DNA of 64,000 nucleotides, taken from contig JALMLS010000344.1 of NCBI GenBank assembly GCA_038496445.1, positions 186,001 through 250,000 on the forward strand, in the 5' to 3' direction. The stretch comes from Trichosphaerium sp. ATCC 40318. Lineage: Eukaryota > Protista > Tubulinea. Under the pieces are notes generated by a model, which saw only the letters and a list, made by a program, of their open reading frames with translations, was not told the origin of the DNA and did no database searches. Shown piece by piece: positions 12,619-26,343 of this stretch (position 1 is the first letter of the stretch; every line of letters begins with the position of its first letter). The position numbers and the translations under genes were made by a program.

Positions 12619-13186
12619 AACTCGTTACTCTACGTTGTTGCAAACATACTGACCATAACTGTTGGTGTTTGAGTATCAGCCCAACCCAAAAAGAAAAGGA
12701 AGTATCATTTAAGGCAACCTACGGAAAAATCTCAACTACGGACACAATGTTATAAAGCAATATAGAGCATGAAACAGGAAAAAACAAAAAAAAGAAATTC
12801 TTACTCAGACTCTATCCAAAACGCGAAGTAAATACTTTGTAAACGCGAAAACCATATTTCCTTGCGTGTTATTGTGTTTTCGGCGGTAGTTACACATACT
12901 GTGAGATACTAGTATTCACATTCCACAAATATTTTTTTGTGTTTGTCTAAGACCAATCAACGCTATCACATCGTGATAACCTAACGTTATAGCCCCCTAT
13001 GAACTAAAACAAAACAAAAAAAGATACTCACAGGCCGTTTTTGCGAAGTACAGAAAAAAAACTCAAAAAAACAAGAAATGTAAAATTTCACTCACCAACG
13101 AATAGATGAGATTTCAGATTCTTTTTTGATTAAAGAGACACCAAAGGTAGGCAAAGGGGTATTATTTTTGTTGTTCTTTCTCTTCG

Positions 13187-16100
13187 TTAAAAAGATGTGC
13201 TGTATTTTTTTTTAACCTCATAAGTGAGTGATGTATGAGGTACAAACAGTGTTGCTAATTTAGAATACAATGTCTTGTTTTGCAATTTGATAGTATCTTC
13301 GAATCTTTTGTAGTATATAATAAGCTGAGCAAGAACATGACGGAGAACAAATGATCCCGTTTTATAGTTTAGAAAATATCCTTTTTTTGTAGGTGAACCC
13401 ATAATATCTGTGCTCATTGTAGCCATTTTCTGACGCCAAGATTTACTAAAATCATGTAGTATACTCTTAAAGTGACCTAAAAATTGAGAAGAGTCAGAAA
13501 AAATGGAACAAAGAAAAAAGAAAAAAAGCAAAAAAAAAAATCACCCGAACGAGCTTCTTTTTTAAGGATTTCACGTACTTTCGCTCATTTGCGATATACT
13601 TGATGAAGAGCTCTGGCTTATACACTTTAACATCCCAGCAAAATATCTTTTCAGTTCTTCCTCAACAAATCGCGCTATTTCTAGATTATAAAGCTCTTGG
13701 AATGCAACAACATCAGCAGGTTTTGATGTCAACTTTAGTGCCTAAAGAAAAAAAAAAAATCAAAAAAACAAATTTAGGATATCTCAACCTAAAACAGAGT
13801 GACATTTCGTAAAAATTTTGTTTCAGATCTATTTTCAATGTTCGTCACGTATTAGATGAGTAGGACGCTTTAATACCTGCAATAGCATCAATACCAAGTC
13901 GTAATTATTCACTAAATAAGCTGACCGCCTGAGCGGATTCGTTTCCTTTAATGTATGCGATTAGAGGGCAGACAAGATGTGAGACTTCTTTGAGAAGAAA
14001 TAAAATGTACCAGTTGAGCGACGTGGTGAAGAAACTCTTCTATTTTGTGTCGGAGTTCTCTTAGTTTTCCGGATACTTTTGACTTATCTACGCCACTCAA
14101 AGACGCTGATAAGCTGTATATAGAAGCTAGATATTCAGCGTAACGGCGTGTTATCTATTTTTCGTGAGAAAATGTCAACGACTTTTTTAAGCGTCAAAGA
14201 AAAAGAGTACTTACAAAATTTGGTGTAACTTCCAAACGACCTAAGCTTTTTGGGTCAAATCTTGCAATACTTTTTGTTTGAGCATCAAGCACGTCCCCTA
14301 AACGAGAAGATATCTTTCGTTGCATCTAGTATCATAAATATTAGAGCAAACATATAAAGTAAATTTCAAAACACAAAAAAAATCCCAAAAAACCTCCGAG
14401 ATTTCGGGTGAGCAACAACCAATCTTTTCGTTTTTTGTGGTAACGAATAGATTCCCACAGCGTGCGTAAAAAATAAGCTTGCGAAATTCGGAGCATCCCG
14501 AGAGGCTGAGAAAAAAAAGTTTTAATTAAATTACCTTTGCAAAATATTGATCAAGAACATTAATTTTACGTTTGCTCATCGTTATCTTATCTTGCTCAAT
14601 TTCGCACAACATGATCAATAAACCAATTGTATCATAGCACGTTGTAAGATATAAATTAACAGTTGCCTAAAATAACAAGTGAGTTTTTCTTTACGCAAGG
14701 ATGAGTAAGATTAGTTGTACTTGAAAGAGAGCAAGTGTACTATCAAAAGCCTCTGGAAATTTTTGTATGATGCCAAAGAATTCTTTACAAAATACGAACT
14801 CTGATGACACTGTATCAATTAATAGTCGATGTGCACTTGAGGAACAAAATTAGAACCTTGATTTAATACAACAAATGTGTGGCTTTTTTTGTAAAGGGTG
14901 GGAAGTAAGTACCTGCAAAAGATGGCACTGAAATGATATTTCGACCCACGAGAAGTTGCAACATGTGGAATAATAAGAGTTTCACTGTCAGGTGCGCTTA
15001 GTAGTTTAGCACGATTACCAAGAGAGAAGAGACTTGGTTGTGGGTTTGAGTTACGTCTCCTTGGGACAAAAACAAGAGGTGAGGCTAAAAGCTCTGATCT
15101 AGTACTAACTTCCCTCTATTAAACAAAATTAATAAATTATATAAAAACATGGACTAAAACGAATGCTTCAACATTTTGGTTGCTACGGACCTTGTATTCC
15201 AACTTCAATACGCTGTTCAAGTAGTCTTGGTAATAAACTGCATATAGTACTGATACTGTATTACTATATTCTTCCTTTAGCGTTTTTGCAAAACGTGAAC
15301 CATGTTCATTGAGAAAAGTAAAGAAACGCTTATATCGCATAACTAAAGTCTGCTGTATCACTTGTATATTGGAATTAGGTCTCCTTAAGAGTAATATTTT
15401 TTTATGTAGAAAGTGCCACACTCTACTTATAGCCTAAAAAGAAGAAAAAAAAGGATTAGTTCACGTGACTTTCAAACTCATTTTTGTTTTACACCTTACC
15501 TTTTTCCTTAATTTTTCGATTTGTTCGGACAATGTAGCGATCATAGGGTAGTTATAGTTAAGTCGTAATCGCTCCGTTTCGTTTCTCATACGACCTAGAT
15601 CCACCAAATATACAAGATAGGATTCATTGACATCAGCTGTACAAACGTTTTTAACAAATGCTTCATCTACTACTATATCATTCAATAGTTCGTTCATTTC
15701 TTTCTCAGGAAGCTAACATTTATACGATTAGTTACGGTTTCTTATCTCAACACTTGTGATGAGATTGCATGTATACAAGTAAATACCTGACGATTTGTTT
15801 TTCTACAGAAAAGAAAAGTTATTTCATTTGACACATGTGATGTTGTCATTGTTTTTGAATTACCTGTGTGTGATGTTCTGGTGTTCGTCTAACACCATTT
15901 TAACGTCAAAATGCATATCACCAAGGCCAGATTGAAAGCTCTTTAGCATACCCTGCATGGTATCTAAGATTCCTTTACAGTCCCTTTACATTTGATGTTA
16001 GGGTTTTTTTTGTTTCTTTCTCACTGTCAAAACGTCATGCGTACTCTAATTGGTTGTGGTATTCTAGTAATTGCTTTCCTTCGGTTTCATCTATAATATT

Positions 16101-16506
16101 AAGGAAGCTGACGTGGTAAATAAAGAAAGTATTATTGGTTTGAAGTTAGTGGATACAATCACCTAGAAAGTATTAGATTACGCGGTTCGGTTAGTTTTAT
16201 AGCGTACCAAGCGAGTCTAATTCAAAAGAGCGTAATTCTTTTCTAACTTCCGCACGAACTTTTTTCGTATTGCTTCGAAGGCTTCCAACGCCCTAAAATG
16301 AATATTAGTGTAATTAACACTAGTTTGTAAAGAAAATGGTTAAAAAAGCGGTTTAGTACCTCACTCAAAGCTTCTTTTATGATACCATTGTCTTTATGTT
16401 CCTCATAGAGCTCTGAAAGTACGTCAGAAAAATTAGAGTCATAGAAAACATCAGCAACAGCTGCAGAGTCGTCACCGCTTTCGGTGTTGCCACTTTCAGA
16501 TAGCAT
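13187..16506 (-). CDS. VPS52: GARP/EARP complex subunit Vps52
   Basis: SLGDYETEGKQLLEYHNQLE, MLKSFQSGLG, RRPNSNIQVIQQTLVMRYKRFFTFL, ITRRYAE, LVNNYDLVL, VLAQLIIYYKRF, YEVKK. Many short introns. Confidence 0.9.
16091..16156 (-). other. Possible U12-type intron in VPS52
   Basis: Donor GTATCCAC, branch site TTCCTTAAT (16106-16098), phase 1 within a Tyr codon (T|AT). Confidence 0.6.
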
Positions 16507-16746
16507 GACTTGTTTTACACCTCAAGTAACTGTGTGCACTGTGTACCATTAAATAGGACGAAATCTATCTCATCTATACGTTTCTTTTCTCGCTGTATGC
16601 TAGTAGCTCGCTTTGGGAGCATACCACCTACGTAGCAGAATAACCAATTTTGCCAAATTTCTTGAAGCAAATTGACTGTCATGTTGAGTGTAGTCAAAAT
16701 TTAAACACCTGGTACGCTTGGTAACGCGCCGTAGTGCGGTAGAAAC

Positions 16747-19700
16747 ATGTCAGAGCCAAAAAAAACATTTGCCTCCACAGTGCCGTTTAGTGTCGTGGTG
16801 GCTCTTTTCGAGCGTATTCTACGCGCCAGCAAGCACGCGCGCAAAAAAGAATTACTTGTAAAGTTTTTCGAGTACTGGACGGACAAGGACTATTTCCCGG
16901 TTATGCGCTTGCTGCTACCGCAGCTAGATAAGGAAAGACAAACGTATGGGCTAAAAGAGACATTTCTAGCAAAGTACTACGTAAAAATATTAGGCATAGC
17001 GGCGTCTTCTGGTACGCCCACACAACATCCCGCCAAAAAACCAAAAAATGTTTACTACGAATTGACACTTTTTGTAAAGAGGATGCTTTGAGATTGGTGC
17101 ACTGGAGAACGCCTTCACGTTCACGCTCATCAGTTGGGCAAGTGGTAGGTTCTTTTTACTTCGTTGTCTTGGCTTGTCCTTTGACTAGTGGAGCAGGAAG
17201 GTGGTGATTTTGGGATGGCTGTTTATATGTCTCTACAAAATAGGTGTCCAGCTCAGGGTGTATGTAGTGTACAAGATATTAGTGACTATCTTGATGAACT
17301 AAACACAACAACTGATAGGTACCACAGCCGTTAACTAGTGATTTTTTAATTCTTTGAACTTTTTTTTTATTGTTATTTCTGAACTGTGTTCGCTTAGAAT
17401 AGATAAAATGGCAATACTGAAGGCAATATTGCGTCGTACTACAGCACAAGAACAAAAGTGGATTGTTCGTATTATACTAAAAGAGCTAAAAATTGGACTC
17501 TCAGAGAAGTCTGTCCTCAATTACTTTCATCCAGATGCTGTCGACTATTTTAATGTAAATTTTGTTTGCCTTTTTTTTTACCTGTTTGACACGTGTAGGT
17601 TACGTCCAATCTAAGAAAGGTATGTCAAGAACTGTCATCTCCAAAAACGAGATTATCTACAGCAACGATACAGCTGTTTAATCCAGTTAAACCGATGTTG
17701 GCATCCAGGTTAGTTTAATTAATCAATACTGGGATGTGACAGGTTTTGTAACTTTGTTGTTAGACATTTACCTGAACAAGTTATAAAGCTCATGGAAGGC
17801 CGACCGTTTGGAATAGAAACAAAATTTGACGGGGAACGTATTCAAATACATAAAGATGGCGATAAGGTAAAGCTGTTCTCGAGGTACTGAAAAAATTTGA
17901 ATGCTGTTTGTTTAAAATAAATATTTATTTTTGCCTAGGAACTCTAATGATAGTACTCCTATCTATGGTGATAAATTAATACCTATAATACGTAAATCTA
18001 TACGTGTCATGCAATGTGTAATTGATGGTGAGCTACTTGTGTGGGACTCTATTGCTTGTAAAGTACGTAGTAAATTTTTGTACCAAACATGCTTAGCGCT
18101 AACATCTATACTAGTTTGAGGATTTTGGTAAACTAAAAACGTTCGGTATGTTCTCAACTGTCACTTGCACGTTGCTCATTAATTTCATCAGCCAAATACA
18201 GGAAAGCCCTTGCAAACCCTGCAGAAAGTGATATTGCGAAGGGTGTTGGAAACAACATGGGGAAGCAACTTTGTTGTATCCTTTTTTTTTTCCCCGAAAA
18301 ATAAGAGCTATTTTCGTTTCGAATAACTAGTCTGTATAGACCTTAACACCTTGAGTTATGGCATTTGATATTCTACATGTTAACGGAAAGAGTCTCCTTG
18401 AACTTAAACTAGAACAACGCAAGGAGCTGTTAAAGAGGTGTATCACAAATCCAGTTGAAAAAAGGCTTGAAATTGCTCCTTTTAAACATGGTGTATTGAC
18501 AAGTGACATTGTGGAGGCTTTAGATCGCGCCATATTGGAGAGGTGTGATTGCGTGTAGTTTATTAAGCTAAATATTTGTAGACTCGAAGGAATCATGATA
18601 AAGGACTTATCAAGTACTTATGTCCCAAACGAGCGGAAGACAAAATGGATAAAGTTGAAGCCAGAATATGTTGATGGTATAGGAGATGATTTGGATCTTC
18701 TCATTATTGGTGGATATTATGGAGGTGGTAGACGTGGTGGCATAGTATCACACTTTATGTTAGGTGTAATGAAGAGTCCTGGACTGTATTACTCTGTTGC
18801 GAAGGTACATTAGCAGTTTTTTGCTTACGTTTAGTTTACACACGTTGCTTATGATGTTAGGTTGGTTCTGGGTTCACAGATAAAGAACTCAAGGCATTGC
18901 TAAAATCTCTTGATCCTCATTGGCAACCATTTGATGTCCAAAGACCACCTACATCAGTTTTGCTAGCTGAACCATTTAAAGAAAAACCAGATGTTTGGAT
19001 AAAACCAGAGCTGTACGGCAGATTGTTGATGTTGTGTAATTTATTCCTCATAATCTCATAGGTCTAAAGTTCTTCAGGTTAAAGCTAGCCAAATTGTACC
19101 TACGACCAAGTACAAAGCAGGATTCACTTTACGATTTCCACGTGCTGTTACTGTCCGACATGACAAGAACTTCGATCAGTGCATGACTCTAATCGGTACT
19201 TTTTTATGTTAAACCGCAGACCTGATCAGTTGGTAGAGTTGTTCGAGATGGCACGTAATTTTGAAGGAAGATTAGCGTGGAGGAAGTACGATAAATCTAA
19301 GCCAAAAAAACCAAAAATGAAGAAGCAGAAACCACCTTTACTTCGACGACCAACTGTTTTGCCTCAGTTTCAACCTACAAAAATTGAAGCCGCCACAATT
19401 CAATCACATCTCTTTAGTGAACTACAATTTTGTACGATAAAACACACATATATCTATAAATGTATACAACTGGTTCTTACACAGATAGGTGTTATGAATG
19501 GTGAAGAATTTACTAAACAACAACTTGAGGAACTTATTCTAAAAAATGGAGGGACTTGTGTTCAACATCCCGTGCACAGCACGTTTTGTGCAATCGCTGC
19601 CAAAGAGTGTACGCTTCAAGCCCTATTTTTACCTCACTCGTTTCACGTGCTTATCACGTGATTTATAGCACTTCGTGTTAAGAATCTTGCTAATCGTGGA

Positions 19701-20517
19701 GATGTTGATATTATAAACTCAAAGTGGATAACAGATTGTATACAACAAGAAACATTAATTGCTCTTGAACCAAGATATATGCTTTTTACAACACCTGAAA
19801 CAAAGTCTATATTTCTACATGATATAGATCGTTTTGGTGATAGTTATACAAATGATACAACTGTTACACTACTTCGTGAGGTACCCAGGCTTTGTATATG
19901 CTAGACGCTTAGATTGACTTGGTGTTTAGGCGTTTAAGCAAGTTGATAAGTTAGGAACTGATGAAGAGAAGGAAGGTATATCTGCTGATAATATTTCTAA
20001 GCTTGATGAACACTACTTTGATAGTACTCCTTGGTGGAGTATTTTTAGGGATATTAAAGTTTACTTGGATAAGTACAGCATACCTAGGTAAAAAATAGTC
20101 CAAGCGGATGTATTATCTTTTGTGTTTTCTGACTTTTGTCTTTTTGTTGTAGTGATCCTAGTTCGGATTTGTTGATATCTCAGCTTGCCTTACTTGAAAA
20201 GTTACTTAAGTTCTACGGATGTACTTGTATTCAAACAGAGATTGATGACGAAACAACACATGTACCGAATCTACTTCTATATGTGTTTGTGTCTAAATGA
20301 GTTTGTAGGTTATCTATTGTGCCAGTGATGTTAAGCGTATTGTTAAGTTACAAAAACTTATAAAATCACAAAAAAGACAAATCTGGCTTGTTGGTATGGA
20401 TTGGGTTGAGGTAAGTACCTTCTTTATTCTATGTACGTATCTTCACATTTAAACAAAATATTTTAGGAGTCTATAGCGGCACGTGAAATCCTAGACGAGC
20501 GAGAATATGCATTGTAA
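16747..20517 (+). CDS. LIG4: DNA ligase IV (ATP-dependent, two C-terminal BRCT domains)
   Basis: RLLLPQLDKERQTYGLKE, EQKWIVRIILK, active site ETKFDGERIQIHK, IDGE, EGIMIK, WIKLKPEY, DLLIIGGYYG, TLRFPR, DRFGDSY. TAA at 20515-20517. Confidence 0.97.
18276..18355 (+). other. Probable U12-type (minor spliceosome) intron in LIG4
   Basis: Donor GTATCCTTTT, branch site CCTTAAC at 18341-18347, acceptor GAG, phase 1. Removal gives QLCFMAFD. Confidence 0.85.
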
Positions 20518-20769
20518 CATTAGAAAAAAAAAAGTTAGTACTTACGAAACGCTGAGTGTCGTAAGTTACTCTCCGTTACCCATATTATTAGTCACTACCG
20601 CTAAGGGAGATAGTATTGATTTCATTTTAATTATGATTTGTCAAATGGAGTTTTGATTGTTTCTACAAGTAAACATGCTATTGAATGTAGGTTGGAAAAA
20701 GTGAATGAACAGCTAAAAAACGGACGGAGGGAGTTTGATAGTTTGTTTTGTTGTACAACAAGTTACTAT

Positions 20770-22084
20770 CAATCACAACCGCTTGGTAATTGGTGATTAC
20801 TAGTAAAGATCCAAGTCAATCTGTACCTGACCAATTGAAGTTAAAGAAAGTTAATGATATGAACAAGCTTATTTTACAGACGGTTGTGAGATTGAGATTT
20901 GACTTGTATTGGATGACTGTCAATAAACACTCAACAAAATTTTGGCTGAATCACTAGAGGAATAAACATAGTAGCGACACGTTGATTTACTAACTAGCGT
21001 ATATTGTTGGATTTTTTTTGGTAGTTTGTATGTCTTTGAAGCTAATCTGTGGTGCCAACCAACATGAATATGTATACCTTTTCCTTTTCGTATGCCATAA
21101 AGAATTGTTTAAAATCTCCATAATGTTCTTCAAGGCCGGTAAAGTCTTCATCACTTAGACTGAAAAAGTTGTTTTTTCCTGTAGTTTTATAAATACAAAA
21201 TGTTGAAAAGACGAAGTTGTTCGTGCACGTGTCAAGCGAAATTGAATAGAAACTGTTTTGAACGCACCCCATGTTTTTTCAATATCTTCTGACACTCTGG
21301 ATTTCAACTTTTCCAGGTCATCCTCGCCTACTGCGTTGTCTAAAAACAGATTTGTTAATGTAGCTGGCAGAAGATGAAAAAAAAGTTCTTGCTCCTACCC
21401 CAACCAAGATTTTCTAGCAGATCTTCTTCGTACTCTTTTGTTCCTTCGAAAATAGGTACTTTTGATTCGTAGTAGCACTTGTACTCTTCGTTATCTTTAA
21501 TCAGAGATTCAGGCAACTTAAAACAAACAAGCTCAGCCACTACAAAAAAAACAATGTCAATAATTTAACATGTGCAACATTACGTCGGTTCAATCAAGCG
21601 AAAACAAGTTAATCAGTCGGTATGTTCTTTATATTAAACGGTCCATTAAAGCACGTGTTAGAAGATGGGTACCGGTTAATTAACTTTGGTTTCGCTTGAC
21701 CAAATACAGGTAATGAATAGCAGTTGCTATATGTGCGTACCACCCATGTCGTAGCTGTCGTCTAGAAGTGTTTCAATTTCAGAAAGGCAGCTATGTATTT
21801 TTTTATTATCCAATTGTATCCATTCCTTGGCGTTCTCGAGCAATTTTAAATAGGTAGGAAGATAGTTTATATCCTTGGGTATCGCCCAAACATCTGTTTG
21901 GAAATAAACAACGGTTTTCGGATATTATTAATTACAAATAAACAAACATACCTTCAGTGGCCACTTTTAGCGTGGAAGAGACTAGACGTAGCGTCGACAG
22001 CGATTTTAGATCTAAATCCGCTTTAATAGTCTTTATGATGTATAAAAGAACTTCAGTAGGCAAGTCGCAAAGAAGAGACGTCAT
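20770..22084 (-). CDS. F-box protein (3' end approximate)
   Basis: MTSLLCDLPTEVLLYIIKTI...LSTLRLVSSTL is F-box-like. Downstream exons splice in frame, but no C-terminal domain was recognised. Confidence 0.65.
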
Positions 22085-23587
22085 GAGGCGTGATCTTTTA
22101 CCAATTGAAGCACCAGAAATGGTAAGAAATTAAAATTGATAAAAACCCTTCTAAGTTTAATACCTTTGTAGATTTCGCAAATTTGTCATTTCGTTAACGC
22201 TTATTTCATGTGAAATATTCATGAGGGATAGCTTTCATGTTATTGTACTAGTAAAGCAGCACCCTTCTCAAATTAGTACTGACTTTTTTAACAAAGCTGG
22301 TCAACGAAATGTTATCACTTTCAGTTCCAACCTTCGTTACGTATGTTTAAACGCTATAACTAAGGTTAAAATCACAGTGAACGCGTACACAAAACTCGCT
22401 ATGTCCCGAATGATTATCTTAATTATTGAAATGTTGGTTCAGCTTACAACACGTGATTTATTAGATAGTCTTTTCACAACTATTTCTTTCTGTACCCTGT
22501 TACTGTTAGGTATTTGCCATCTCATTGCTCCTCCTTACTTCTCAAAAGCAAGAAAATTAAAAGAGTAAAGTAAATAGAACACTTATGAACAGACATTTGC
22601 TAAAATAATAGTAGACGTGTTTATTTCGTAATTTTTATACCACAGCGCCCTATTTATACTACAGGTTTTGTTTTTTGAAAGGCAGACACCTCTTATTTTA
22701 CAACCTGATACGTATTTTTTTTTTACACCATCCGCAAGAGCCTTTACTCCCACGTTGTGAAATATGGACTATTTGGAAAGCAGTGTAGAAATAGTCTCTT
22801 CTGTCACTTGAGTGCACCAATCGCATTAACAATGCAGCAAGGTGCAATGACAGTAAAAACGCTTTTAGTGCAACACTCTCTTTTGCAAGACAACTCCTAT
22901 CGTACGCTCAGTTTCATATGTCAAAGGTGTTTAGCAAGAAATACTACGTGATCGCCTATAATAATAAAAGCAAGTCTTTTATTGGAATAAGAGAAAAGTA
23001 GTGGTGGGTACAATCTTTTGAGATAGGACTGTTTCCTCAACAAGGAATACAATTAAAATCTGTTTATTTTCCTTGTTTAGGGGTTGTTGTGGTTGCTGCA
23101 CATCATAACGGGAGCAGCAACGATATTCGCCCTGACAAGCAACCTTGAGCATTCACACCAAAGAATATTTCAGTTGTTAAAGCGTTCTAACAAGTTTGCG
23201 AGTGCAAGGCATGTACGGAGAAGAGACTCGTAAAGGAAAAGCACATGCGGAGTTACTCGGATTATCGATAATCCCATCTTCGAGCTTGTTTTAGGTCATC
23301 ACTTGGGAGCATGTCGTTTTAGTAACCTGCTGGCACTGTCACAAAAGACGGTTCATTGAAATAACTACATAATAGTACTTTTATCTATTTGTCCGCCAAA
23401 AAACTATTATCCCGTATTTTTTTTCTAGCTTCCTCGTCCTTATACCTGAATTTGTTAACTCCTCCAGTAGTAGAGGGAGCGAGGAACAACAAAAACTACA
23501 CGCAGGCATGTGATTTAACTTACTAAGTGAGCTTTAAACCAAAAACCTCAATACAGAACCAGTAAACAACAAACAACACAAACAACA

Positions 23588-25893
23588 ATGTGGAAGCTTG
23601 CCTTCATACGTAATACTCTTGTGTCTATAATAATGTACTTACGTATTATAGTGTTTATGGCAACTGCTGTTTTATGTCATGATAAAGAATACTGGGATAA
23701 CGTAAAAGACTTTGAAGTTGTTACATCAGGTATGAATAACATATAAACTAAGTACCTTTGTAATGACCTCATCTGTTTTTGTAGTTGATTTATCAATGTC
23801 CTCAAAACGTAGCGCTGAAGGAGTTCATGTGTTGACAGTACACAAACAAAATAGCTCAATGACCTTTGAATGTATCAAAGAGTCTCCATTTAATTTGGAT
23901 TCAAGAGTATGTTGCTTTTTTGTCTTTGATTTTTGAGCGTCTTTTTCTCACCATGGATACTAGATTATCTTGAGAACTGGAAACAGTTCAAAGTACCTAC
24001 CTATTCCAATGAATACGTTCAAGTCCATAAACGACAATTACCGATTTCGGTTCACGGCCAACAAAGATGGGACGATAGACGGTATTCTGTTTGTAAAAAA
24101 TGAGATGCTTGTATTCGAGCCAGCTACAAAGTATGTACTTTTTTTTTGTTACAAAGAAAAGAGACTATTCCATCTATCTTGTCGAATAATAACAAACTCG
24201 TTCTTTTCGTTTAGACACAAAGAGTACATGGCACCTCATCATTTAAAGAAACTTGGATCCGGTACACACGTGATCCTCAAGTAAGTAGATACCCTTTTTT
24301 TTTCCTTTCTTGAAGGGCACTTTTTAATGCATTGTTTAAAGGCGTAACGCCCTCGAGAATGAAGAATCGCGTAATTTGAAAAGGTATTTACTATGAAGCA
24401 AAATTGACGATCTAACTGTTGAATACAGAGCATACCCAGCAGGAGATACTCTACCAATAGTACCTCCACCTGAAGATTGCCCACAAACTTTAAAGGCTCT
24501 CAAAATGGTACTTGGATTATTGCACAAGGGTTTTGCACTTACAAATTACAACAGATAGTTGTTGTCGATGAGAGTTTGTATGACAAAAGAGGAACGGATG
24601 GTTCAGTAACATACGTCACCAATGGTATGTAAATGCAACTAGAGCTTGTATTATTATCAATGGTACTAAGATAACCTTCTTTGTTTAGACATACACAGAG
24701 TAAATGCAATATACAACGAAGAATTAGTAAGTACTTTTTTTTTGATATAAGGTACTTGCACACAGCTCGCTTACTTTGTTTTCTACAGAATATACAACTT
24801 GTTGTAACAGAAATGATTATAATCAAAAGTAAGGCTAGCCACCGTACGTATTAAAAAACCGTCTAAGCAAGATTATGTGGTTAACGTGTTTTTGTAGCTG
24901 GCATTACTTGGGATTGCAAAAAAAAAAGTGAAATACTTTTAAAATTCAGCGTATTTACTCATAGTGAATTTTCCGATCGTATACCACCACTGGCTTTACT
25001 TTATCATGACTGTACAGGTAATGGGGGTTCGTTAGGATCTGCATGGAGGGATGGTGCTTGTGAATCTAGCTATTTTACGGCTGAAGTAACTGAAATGGGT
25101 GACACTCGAAAAAGAACCTTTGTAACAGCACATGAAATAGGACATCTTTTAAATATGAACCATGACCCAAATGACGATGGTATAATGAAATCATCAGTAC
25201 CAAACAACAAGTACGTTGTTATTATATCTTTGTTTTAAGCTTGCAACTTGCTCATGTATTGTTTTTTTAGTTTGAGCAAATGGCTCAAGTTTTCGAGGTA
25301 CAGTCAAGCTAGGGCGTGTACCAAACTTGGAGAGGCTACTTCTTGCCTTTCTTCTATTCAAGATGAAAAGTTGTTTATTCTTAGAAAGAGAAACGCACAA
25401 GGGTATGCTTTGACAACACAAAAGTTGCCAAATGCCAATAACCACAATGTCTTTCTGTATAATTACAATATTGAAAACAAAAATCAACATTGGGTCGAAA
25501 CACAAACCAGTGATGGATATGTAATGTACCGAAAACGCTATACAACATTATGTCTTGATGGTGGAGGTGGTGGAAGCAATCTCCAGTACGTTCTTTTACA
25601 GCACCGGACTAAAAAGTACTTACTGGTTTTTTTCCATAGAAACTTAAAACTATGGGCATGTGATGAGAATAACATTAACCAACACTGGCAAAGATCTGGT
25701 AATCTAAATACGTTTAGATTAATAAAACGCGGGGTTAGCTACTCTATTGACGGTAACAGTGGAGGAAAAAACAACCAGTATGTCAATTCCTTGGGTTGCT
25801 AGTCTAACACTCTATTTTAGGAATGTGTATTTGTACCGTTCCAGCTCGTCTAACCAGAATCAGCAATGGGTGTATGAGCCCCGCCTAGTATAA
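23588..25893 (+). CDS. Secreted reprolysin-type (M12B/ADAM-like) zinc metalloprotease with C-terminal ricin-B lectin domain
   Basis: Signal peptide MWKLAFILFMATAVLC; prodomain ending in LKR; IVVVDESLY; HEIGHLLNMNHD (25131-25166); Met-turn GIM; three QxW repeats (NQHW, NQHW, NQQW). Confidence 0.88.
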
Positions 25894-26343
25894 GTGATAT
25901 CTTGACTAGCTCTAGCAACCAGTTTACAGTGGGTGTAAAAAACTCAAATAAAATTAGTTGTCTTCCTTACCCATGCCGTGAGTTATTTACTTGACTTTTA
26001 AAGGAAAATCATCAGTTTTTGATAGGATTTGAACTGAAATAACACTACTTTACTTTACCAGTACTTTTTAAAAGGCCACTACAAATTTTAAGAACGCACG
26101 TGACTTTTTGCTCTTGTACTCACGGAAAGTACTCCCTAAGGACAGCTTGTTGCATGAGGGCTACCTAGCTCACAAACCATCCAGAAAAATCTTAGTGCTG
26201 ACACTGTGGTATATCGGCCAAATCCATAGAATTCGAAATGCTGTACGTTTCCCAAAACTCTTTATCAATTTAGAAAGATAGTATAGTTTATTCACATTGT
26301 TTGTATTTTTGCGTTATCCCATACAATGTAATTTTACCTATGC

